Part shown: positions 17,803 to 24,703 of the stretch, one piece after another
Position numbering within the stretch: the first letter of the stretch is position 1
How the letters are laid out: every line of letters begins with the position of its first letter
Source: Pseudomonadota bacterium
Lineage (GTDB): Bacteria > Pseudomonadota > Gammaproteobacteria > Pseudomonadales > JADFDG01
DNA length: 64,000 nucleotides
Assembly (NCBI GenBank): GCA_049324475.1
Contig: JBMOOO010000014.1
Location: 6,986 to 70,985, forward strand
Direction: 5' to 3'
Notes under the pieces: model-generated
The model's database searches: none
The model's input: only the letters and a program-made list of their open reading frames with translations
What the model was told of the DNA's origin: nothing
Made by a program: the position numbers and the translations under genes

Positions 17803-18843
17803 TCACTCCGCGACCTGCCACTGCAACTCGCGGCCGGCCCAGAACGGCACGATCTCGCCACCGCCGAAGCTCAGCCGTTCCGGCACCGTCCAGGCTTCGC
17901 GTTTCAGCATGATCTTCTGCGTGTTGCGCGGCAGCCGGTAGAAGTCCGGGCCGAAGTGGCTGGCGAAGCCTTCCAGCCGGTCCAGCGCGCCGGCCTGATC
18001 GAAGAATTCCGCGTACAGCGGCAGGGCGGCCGGCGCCGAATAGCAGCCGGCACAGCCGCAGGCATTTTCCTTGGCATGGCGCGCGTGCGGCGCCGAGTCG
18101 GTGCCCAGGAAGAAGCGAGGATCGCCGCTCACCGCCACTTTCTGCAGCATTTCCTGGTGCGTGCGGCGCTTGAGCACCGGCAGGCAGTAGTTGTGCGGGC
18201 GCAGGCCGCCGGTGAACAGGTCATTGCGGTTCATCAGCAGGTGCTGCGGCGTGATGGTGGCGGCAATGCCGGCCCGGGCGCCCAGCACGAACTGCGCGGC
18301 ATCGGCGGTGGTGATGTGTTCGAACACGATGCGCAGTGCCGGGAAACGTTCACTGACCGGCTGCAGGTGGCGTTCGATGAACACCTTCTCGCGATCGAAC
18401 ACATCGATCGCGGCCTCCGTCACCTCGCCATGGACCAGCAGCGGCAGGTCGACTTCCTGCATGGCTTCCAGCACCGGGAAGATTTTCTCCAGTGCCGTCA
18501 CGCCGCCATGCGAATTGGTGGTGGCACCGGCCGGGTAGAGCTTGGCCGCCGTCAGGGTGCCATCGCGTTTACCGGCACGGATGTCGGCCGGGTCCGTGTG
18601 ATCGGTCAGATACAGCACCATCAACGGCTCGAAGGAGACGTTGGCCGGCACGGCGGCGCGAATACGCGCCCGATACTCCCGGGCCAGCGCACTGGTGGTG
18701 ACCGCGGGAACCAGATTCGGCATGCAGATGGCGCGGGCAAACACACGCGCCGTGGCGGGCACCACGTCCGCCAGCACCGTGCCGTCACGAAAATGCAGGT
18801 GCCAGTCGTCCGGGCGGGCGATGCTCAGGGTCTTGCCGGTCAC
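17803..18843 (-). CDS. pyrC: dihydroorotase (class II, homodimeric type)
   Basis: The GTG start at 18843 gives (M)TGKTLSIARPDDWHLHFRDG, co-linear with the E. coli PyrC N-terminus. It also has AKLYPAGATTNS, VHGE, FEHITT and FLGTDSAPH. 347 aa. The upstream part of track ORF 17803-19074 is not protein-like. Confidence 0.9.
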   Translation of the reverse strand: MTGKTLSIARPDDWHLHFRDGTVLADVVPATARVFARAICMPNLVPAVTTSALAREYRARIRAAVPANVSFEPLMVLYLTDHTDPADIRAGKRDGTLTAAKLYPAGATTNSHGGVTALEKIFPVLEAMQEVDLPLLVHGEVTEAAIDVFDREKVFIERHLQPVSERFPALRIVFEHITTADAAQFVLGARAGIAATITPQHLLMNRNDLFTGGLRPHNYCLPVLKRRTHQEMLQKVAVSGDPRFFLGTDSAPHARHAKENACGCAGCYSAPAALPLYAEFFDQAGALDRLEGFASHFGPDFYRLPRNTQKIMLKREAWTVPERLSFGGGEIVPFWAGRELQWQVAE

Positions 18844-18847
18844 AACA

Positions 18848-19864
18848 TCACTCCGCGTTCTGTTTGCGTTTGCGGTACTCGACCGGCGTTTCGCCGACCC
18901 AGCGCTTGAACGCACGGTAGAAGGTACTCGGCTCGGAGAAGCCGGTGAGATAGACGATCTGGTCGATGGTCTCGTCGGTGCGCGCCAGCAGGCGCTTGGC
19001 CAGCCGGCAACGGAAGTCGGCCAGCACCTGGTTGAAGCTGGTGTCGGCCTCGGCCAGGCGCGTGCGCAAGGCACGCGGCTTGATGCCCAGCCGCGCCGCC
19101 ACGTGTTCGAGACTGACTTCGCCGTCTTCCAGACTCTCGCCGATGATGCGCTTCACCTCGGCGACCAGGTCGCGGCGTTCCAGCTCGGCCACCCGCTCGC
19201 TGGCCACCTGTTCGTGCAGGCGCAGCAATTCCGGCTCGGCGTGCAGCGACGGCTTGGCCAGCACGAGACGGTCGAACCAGACACGGTTCTCTTCCGCACC
19301 GAGCTCCACCGGGCAGCCGAACACACGCTGGTACTCCGCCATGGGAGCGCCGTGCGTGTGCCGGAAGCTGATGCGCTCCGGCACGAAGGCACCCTCGGTG
19401 ATGTGCTGGAAAAACCGCACCAGCCCGATGGCCACGCACTCGACCGTGTGCCGGGGCACGGTGCTGCCGGAGCCGTCGATGGAACCGAAAGAGAGATAGC
19501 AGGATGCCGGCGTGAGCTCGAGCCGGGAGTCGACCGCGTCCGACAGCAGCCGCTGGTATTTCTGGGCGCGCTTCAGGCCGTCGCCGAAGGTCGGGCTGGA
19601 CAGGAACAGGTATTCCAGCACCTGGCCGCGGAACACCGGTATGTGCTCGCCCAGCAGCAGACCGCCGTTGGCGTTGCCGGTCACGTCCTCGACCGCGCGC
19701 CAGAACAGGTTGTGGCCGGCGTGCGGCGTGCGCAGGCTGGTGTCGTCAAGCTGGTTTGCAGCCATGCCGAGCCGGTTGAGCACGGCTTCGGCATCCACCC
19801 CGGCGCTGCGCATCGCCTGGTAGATCATCCGCAGCACGATGACGCCGTCGGTCAGTTCGCTCAT
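18848..19864 (-). CDS. AraC-family transcriptional regulator
   Basis: 338 aa. The C-terminal dual HTH reads LGIKPRALRTRLAEADTSFNQVLADFRCRLAKRLL...IDQIVYLTGFSEPSTFYRAFKRWVGETP. The N-terminal ligand-domain pattern matches OruR/ArgR-like AraC proteins. Confidence 0.85.
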   Translation of the reverse strand: MSELTDGVIVLRMIYQAMRSAGVDAEAVLNRLGMAANQLDDTSLRTPHAGHNLFWRAVEDVTGNANGGLLLGEHIPVFRGQVLEYLFLSSPTFGDGLKRAQKYQRLLSDAVDSRLELTPASCYLSFGSIDGSGSTVPRHTVECVAIGLVRFFQHITEGAFVPERISFRHTHGAPMAEYQRVFGCPVELGAEENRVWFDRLVLAKPSLHAEPELLRLHEQVASERVAELERRDLVAEVKRIIGESLEDGEVSLEHVAARLGIKPRALRTRLAEADTSFNQVLADFRCRLAKRLLARTDETIDQIVYLTGFSEPSTFYRAFKRWVGETPVEYRKRKQNAE

Positions 19865-20023
19865 CCGATCCCTTGCCGGTGCCCGTACGGGCCGAAGGAA
19901 GCACTACAAGGGGGCAATAGTAGTGATGTGTCGCCGCCACCGGCAACGATGACGGGCCGGCCGGCGACCGCTGCGCCGGGCATCCGTGCAGGGACTGTCA
20001 ATGGAAGGCCGCGGCGGGCTGCC

Positions 20024-20029
20024 TATAAT
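20024..20029 (+). promoter_or_regulatory. candidate -10 hexamer for the MaoC-like gene
   Basis: A perfect TATAAT lies 52 nt upstream of the ATG at 20081, in an otherwise GC-rich spacer. The hexamer 17 nt upstream (ATGGAA) matches TTGACA poorly. Confidence 0.3.
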
Positions 20030-20080
20030 GGCCGCCCGACCGTGCAATCCGCCCGTGAATCCGTCGTACCGGAGTACCGC

Positions 20081-20947
20081 ATGAACAGCCTGACCACGCG
20101 TGAACTGAACTCGCCGACCCCGACCCTGACGCTGTACCGCCGTGCGCTGCTGCGCCGGAAGACATCGGGCGAGAAGACGCTGCCGCGGCTGTCCCTGCTG
20201 ATGCGCGGCCGCCGCGCCGATCCGCACCAGCTGGAGCTGTACAACCAGGCCTGCGGCTTCCTCACCGGCCGGGAAATGCCGGCGGTCTATCCGCACATCC
20301 TCGCGTTCCCGCTGCACATGGAGCTGATGACGTCCGAGGGCTTCCCGTTCCCGCTGCTCGGCCTGGTGCACATTTCCAACACCATTACCCGCCATCGCCC
20401 GCTGACCATCAACGAAGCGCTGGACATCCACTGCCGTTTCGGCGAGCTGGAGCCGCATGACAAGGGCACGGCATTCAGCGTGATCACGGAAGCCTCGGTA
20501 CAGGGTCGCACGGTCTGGGAGAGCTCCAGCACCATGCTGTACCGCCATCCGGTGCCGGGTGGCGACCGGAAGGAAGCCGCGACGGAAGACGATCTGAAAG
20601 GCGCTGCCAGCGAACTCTGGAAGGTGTCTTCCGACATGGGCCGGCGCTACGCGGCGGCCTCCGGCGACCGCAATCCGATCCACCTGTGGCCGATCACGGC
20701 CAAGGCCTTCGGCTTCAAGCGTCACATCGTGCACGGCATGTGGACCAAGGCCCATGCGGTGGCCAGGCTGGCACCGCAGATCGGTGCCCGCCCGTTCACG
20801 GTGGCGGTCGGCTTCAAGTTGCCGGTATTCCTGCCGGCCGAGGTGAGCTTCATCCAGAAAAAGGACGCCGCCGGCATCCGCTTCGACGTACGCGACAAGG
20901 ACGGCGTGAAACCGCACCTGAAAGGCGCGGTCAAGTTCCTGGATTGA
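20081..20947 (+). CDS. MaoC-like (R)-specific hydratase/dehydratase, double hot-dog (HtdX-like)
   Basis: In-frame ATG at 20081 inside the chimeric track ORF 18641-20947. The C-terminal half has the MaoC signature SGDRNPIHLWPITAKAFGFKRHIVHGMW. Confidence 0.8.
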   Translation: MNSLTTRELNSPTPTLTLYRRALLRRKTSGEKTLPRLSLLMRGRRADPHQLELYNQACGFLTGREMPAVYPHILAFPLHMELMTSEGFPFPLLGLVHISNTITRHRPLTINEALDIHCRFGELEPHDKGTAFSVITEASVQGRTVWESSSTMLYRHPVPGGDRKEAATEDDLKGAASELWKVSSDMGRRYAAASGDRNPIHLWPITAKAFGFKRHIVHGMWTKAHAVARLAPQIGARPFTVAVGFKLPVFLPAEVSFIQKKDAAGIRFDVRDKDGVKPHLKGAVKFLD

Positions 20948-21015
20948 GCGACACCACACCGGTCAGCGCCACCGGGCCTCGTGCCTGGAGGCGCTGCCGC
21001 CGTGCGCGGAAACGC

Positions 21016-21270
21016 TTACGAGGGGCGGCTGTGGCGTACGGTCGCCACCATGAACAGCGCGCCGTTCACGGTTTCGCCCAGTTCCTGGCCCAGCGTGCGC
21101 ACGAATTCGTAGGTACGGTCGGCGCTGGCGCCCTGCTCCCGGCAATCGGCGGCGAAGCCGCCGATCACCCGGTGGAAACGCTCGACGCGGCGCGTACCCC
21201 AGTCGAAGCCGGCCACCAGCAGGCGGTTGGCGTTCATCAGTTCACCGGTGATGCGGTCAGGCGTGCTCAT
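21016..21270 (-). CDS. small hypothetical protein (84 aa), paralog of the upstream 91-aa protein
   Basis: 4-nt overlap with 21267-21542. It shares the blocks GT.R.ER.H..I, DR..Y..+R....ELGE and F.MV with its neighbour. Confidence 0.55.
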   Translation of the reverse strand: MSTPDRITGELMNANRLLVAGFDWGTRRVERFHRVIGGFAADCREQGASADRTYEFVRTLGQELGETVNGALFMVATVRHSRPS

Positions 21271-21542
21271 GGCGTCTTCTCCTTGTCCTTGCGGGCGGCA
21301 GCGGCCAGGCGGGCGCTCTCGACCATCTCGAACAGGTCGGTGGCCGCCTCGCCCAGTTCGCGGTTGATGCCGCGGATCAGGGTATAGATCGACTGCCGGT
21401 CGATCACATCCTCACCCTTGATCTCGCGCACATGCTGCGTGGCGTAGTCCGCAATCATGTTGTGGATACGCTCCAGGCGTTCGGTGCCGCTGTCCACCGC
21501 CACCTGCAGGCTGTCCTTCAGCGTCTCGATTTTTCCGATCAT
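21267..21542 (-). CDS. small hypothetical protein (91 aa)
   Basis: Starts 25 nt after the desaturase stop on the same strand. Predicted helical with a Lys-rich tail (AAARKDKEKTP). Paralogous to 21016-21270. Confidence 0.6.
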   Translation of the reverse strand: MIGKIETLKDSLQVAVDSGTERLERIHNMIADYATQHVREIKGEDVIDRQSIYTLIRGINRELGEAATDLFEMVESARLAAAARKDKEKTP

Positions 21543-21567
21543 GGCCTCGCTCCCGTGGGCAGGATGT

Positions 21568-22716
21568 TCAGGCGGTGGCTGCTTCGACAGACCGCTTGCC
21601 TTTCGGCGGCAGGGCCAGCGCGAAAATGCGGCGCACCACGGTTCCGAACTGTTTCGTCATCGAGCCGGTGTTGTACGGCAGGCCGTACTTCCGGCACAGG
21701 GCACGGACTTCCGGCGCGATTTCCGCGTAACGGTGTGCCGGCAGGTCCGGGAACAGGTGATGCTCGATCTGGTGCGACAGGTTGCCGGTCATCACGTGCA
21801 TCAGCTTGCCGCCTTCGATGTTGGCCGAGCCCAGCAACTGGCGCAGATACCACTGGCCGCGGGACTCCTGACGGGTTTCCTCTTCGGTGAAGATGGCCGT
21901 ACCGTCCGGGAAGTGACCGCAGAAGATCACCGAGAACGCCCACACGTTGCGCACGATGTTGGCAGTGAAGTTGCCGGCCAGCACGGGCAGGAAGAACGGA
22001 CCAGCCAGCGCCGGGAAAACCACATAGTCCTTCAGCACCTGCTTGCGCGCCTTCTTCCAGACCAGCTTGAGTTCAGCCAGTGCCTGCTCACGCGATTTTT
22101 CGCCGGACAGAACCTTTTCCGTTTCGATGTCGTGCAGGGCCACGCCCCACTCGAAGAACAGGGCCAGCGCCAGCGCATAGGCCGGGTTGCCGAGGTATTT
22201 CGGCTCCCAGGGCTGCTCTTCGGCCATGCGCAGGATGCCGTAGCCGACATCGCGGTCCTTGCCAACGATGTTGGTGAACGTGTGGTGCATGTAGTTGTGC
22301 GAGTGACGCCAGGTATCGCCCGGGCAGGTGGTGTCCCAGTCGTACTTGTTGCCGTTGAGGGCCGGATCCTTCATGAAGTCGTACTGGCCGTGCATCACGT
22401 TGTGACCGATCTCCATGTTCTCGAGGATCTTGGAGACGGAGAGCAGTGCGGTTCCGGCCAGCCAGGCCGGCGGCAGGACGCCGGCGAACAGCAGCGCACG
22501 GCCACCGATCTCGCAGCGGCGCTGGATCTTCATCATGCGGCGGATGTACTGCGCGTCGCGCTCGCCCAGATCGGCGATGGTTTTCTCGCGGATGGCGTCC
22601 AGCGCTTCGCCGAAGGCGTCGATGTCAGCCGGCGTCAGGTGCGGGAACATCGCACGGATGGTCGGGCTGACGTTATTGGTCCGGGTGAGCTGGGTGATGG
22701 CAGCGGTCATGGTCAT
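21568..22716 (-). CDS. desB: acyl-CoA (delta-9-type) fatty acid desaturase, membrane di-iron
   Basis: Start at MTMTAAITQ (22716), preceded by GGAGG. Three His boxes are present: HNVMHGQY, WRHSHNYMHHTFTN and HQIEHHLFP. Paired with a reductase and a divergent TetR, as in Pseudomonas aeruginosa desCB-desT. Confidence 0.8.
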   Translation of the reverse strand: MTMTAAITQLTRTNNVSPTIRAMFPHLTPADIDAFGEALDAIREKTIADLGERDAQYIRRMMKIQRRCEIGGRALLFAGVLPPAWLAGTALLSVSKILENMEIGHNVMHGQYDFMKDPALNGNKYDWDTTCPGDTWRHSHNYMHHTFTNIVGKDRDVGYGILRMAEEQPWEPKYLGNPAYALALALFFEWGVALHDIETEKVLSGEKSREQALAELKLVWKKARKQVLKDYVVFPALAGPFFLPVLAGNFTANIVRNVWAFSVIFCGHFPDGTAIFTEEETRQESRGQWYLRQLLGSANIEGGKLMHVMTGNLSHQIEHHLFPDLPAHRYAEIAPEVRALCRKYGLPYNTGSMTKQFGTVVRRIFALALPPKGKRSVEAATA

Positions 22717-22739
22717 GGCCTCCGTCGTGGATTCGTTGG

Positions 22740-23888
22740 TCAGATGTCGAGTGCGACGTCGCCCATCGGGACGCTGACGCACAACTGGATGTCATCGCCG
22801 GCTTCGGTCGACAGCTCGCCGGTAATCAGGTTCTTCGTCACGCCGCTCTTCTTGGTGCACTTGCAGCTCATGCAGATGCCCATGCGGCAGCCGGCTTCCG
22901 GTTTCAGACCGGCCGCTTCCGCCTGGTCCAGCAGCGAGCGGCCGTCGCTGACCACGAAGCGCTCGGCGCGTACGAAGCGGACTTCACCGCCAACGGCATC
23001 GGCCACGGCGGCCGGGGCAGCAGCGATGAAACGCTCGATGTGCAGCTTGTCTTCCAGTCCGCGGGTGGCGCATTCGGCACGGACGGCATCGATCAGCGCC
23101 TGCGGACCGCATACGAAGATCTCGGCAGCGGCCAGTTCCCCGGCCGGCACCAGCGCATCCAGGTGCGCGGCAGAAAAGTGACCGGTGAAATCATCGGCAT
23201 CCGCTGCCGCGCGGGTCAGGGCGAAGCGGACCTCGACGTTCGGGTGCTTCTCGGCAATGTCGAGCAACTCCATGCCGAAGATCACGTCGTCGTAGGTCGG
23301 CGCGTAGTGCAGCACCGTGACGCGGCCGGCATAGTTCTCGTCAGCCAGTGTGCGCAGCATGGCCATGTTCGGCGTGATGCCGCTGCCGCCGCTGACCAGC
23401 ACGATGCGGGCCGGCAGAGCACCCGACAGCGACGCTTCCGGCAGCACGTAGTCGCCTTCGGCCTGTGACAGCGTGACGACCATGCCCGGCGTCGCGGCCG
23501 CCGACAGCGGACCGGAGACCAGACCACCGGCAACGGTCTTGACCGTGATGTCGATCAGGCCGTCGTTGCGGCGGGCCGAGGAGGAAACCGAATAGCAGCG
23601 GCTGCGGCGCACACCGCCCAGGTCGGCAGCAATGCGTACATACTGGCCGGCGCGGGCACCCAGCCAGTTGCCGTTGGGGCGCAGGCGGATGGTGGTGGCA
23701 TCGGCGGTTTCGCGGATGGTCGCCACCACTTCGGCGCGGACTTCGGACACCGACCACAGCGGGTTGAACAGTTCCAGATAGCGGTCGACACCGTGCGGGG
23801 TCGCCAGCGCGGCCACCAGGTCCGACGCCAGCAGGCGGCGCAGGCCTTTGGGCAGGTCGGCCTTGGGCAGGGAAGCGATCCGGGACAT
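22740..23888 (-). CDS. desC: ferredoxin-NAD(P)H oxidoreductase (FNR-like FAD/NAD domain + C-terminal 2Fe-2S ferredoxin), desaturase electron donor
   Basis: 382 aa. It has an FAD-binding RCYSVSS motif, an NAD-binding VLVSGGSGITP motif, and a plant-type 2Fe-2S Cys cluster (CRMGICMSCKC...LCVS) at the C-terminus. Confidence 0.8.
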   Translation of the reverse strand: MSRIASLPKADLPKGLRRLLASDLVAALATPHGVDRYLELFNPLWSVSEVRAEVVATIRETADATTIRLRPNGNWLGARAGQYVRIAADLGGVRRSRCYSVSSSARRNDGLIDITVKTVAGGLVSGPLSAAATPGMVVTLSQAEGDYVLPEASLSGALPARIVLVSGGSGITPNMAMLRTLADENYAGRVTVLHYAPTYDDVIFGMELLDIAEKHPNVEVRFALTRAAADADDFTGHFSAAHLDALVPAGELAAAEIFVCGPQALIDAVRAECATRGLEDKLHIERFIAAAPAAVADAVGGEVRFVRAERFVVSDGRSLLDQAEAAGLKPEAGCRMGICMSCKCTKKSGVTKNLITGELSTEAGDDIQLCVSVPMGDVALDI

Positions 23889-23911
23889 GGCACACCTCGC
23901 AGGTCGGCATC

Positions 23912-23928
23912 AGTGAACAAGTGTGCAC
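23912..23928. promoter_or_regulatory. putative DesT/TetR operator 1
   Basis: AGTGAACAAGTGTGCAC is an imperfect palindrome (GTGAACA-AG-TGTGCAC) in the AT-enriched desC/desT divergent spacer. Confidence 0.5.
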
Positions 23929-23950
23929 AAGATACCCGGATCGTTATTTT

Positions 23951-23967
23951 AGTCAACACTTGTGCAC
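23951..23967. promoter_or_regulatory. putative DesT/TetR operator 2
   Basis: AGTCAACACTTGTGCAC is a second copy of the same 17-mer (AGTSAACANNTGTGCAC), 39 nt from the first. Confidence 0.5.
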
Positions 23968-24060
23968 TAAAAACATTTCATCCTTTACATATCAATAGGT
24001 TATGAGTTCAAATAGCCGACAATCCTGTACACAGAGCCGGCCTGCCCCCGGGGATCCGAC

Positions 24061-24699
24061 ATGAACCAGCCGACCGGCCCCCGCGAGGAAAAGAAGCAGA
24101 AGACCCGGCAGGCCCTGCTGGATGCCGCCCTGCTGCTGCTGGAGGGCGAGCAGAGCTTCGCCAGCCTCAGCCTGCGCGAAGTGACCCGCGAGGCCGGCAT
24201 CGTGCCCACCGCCTTCTACCGGCACTTCGCCGACATGGATGAACTGGGGCTGGCCCTGGTCGACGAGTCCTTCCACACACTGCGCCAGATGATGCGGGCG
24301 GCCCGCAGCGGCCAGTTGCCGGCCGAGCAGCTGATCCGGCGCTCGGTCACCGTGTTCGTGGCGCATGTCCGCGCCAACTCGCGCTACTTCCAGTTCCTGC
24401 TGCGTGAACGTGCCGGCGGCCGCAACGCGCTGCGCAACGCAATCCGCACGGAAATCCGCCTGTTCGTCAGCGAACTGGCCACCGACCTGGCGCGCTTCCC
24501 CGCCCTGAACACCTGGTCCACCGAAGACCTGCAGATGATGGCGGGATTGCTGGTGGCCACGATGATGAACGGCGTGCTGGACATCCTCGACCTGCCGGCC
24601 GGACGGCCGGAGGACGAACTGGCCACCATCGAGCTGCTGGAGAAGCAGATGCGGCTGGTGATCCTCGGTGCCGGCCAGTGGAAAAGCGGCAAGACCTGA
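24061..24699 (+). CDS. desT: TetR-family transcriptional repressor (DesT-like)
   Basis: 212 aa. The N-terminal TetR HTH reads KTRQALLDAALLLLEGEQSFASLSLREVTREAGIVPTAFYRHFADMDELG. It is divergent from the desaturase operon. Confidence 0.75.
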   Translation: MNQPTGPREEKKQKTRQALLDAALLLLEGEQSFASLSLREVTREAGIVPTAFYRHFADMDELGLALVDESFHTLRQMMRAARSGQLPAEQLIRRSVTVFVAHVRANSRYFQFLLRERAGGRNALRNAIRTEIRLFVSELATDLARFPALNTWSTEDLQMMAGLLVATMMNGVLDILDLPAGRPEDELATIELLEKQMRLVILGAGQWKSGKT

Positions 24700-24703
24700 G
24701 CCG

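Noticed and set aside
18641-20947. 768-aa + strand ORF suggesting a large fusion protein.
   Set aside because: Only the last 288 codons (from the ATG at 20081) are protein-like (MaoC). The upstream part is antisense to the AraC regulator and pyrC and merely lacks stop codons.
21016-21542. Toxin-antitoxin interpretation of the overlapping 91-aa / 84-aa gene pair.
   Set aside because: The two products are paralogs of each other rather than a toxin plus a DNA-binding antitoxin. They have no recognisable toxin fold or HTH, and they sit as the tail of the desaturase operon.
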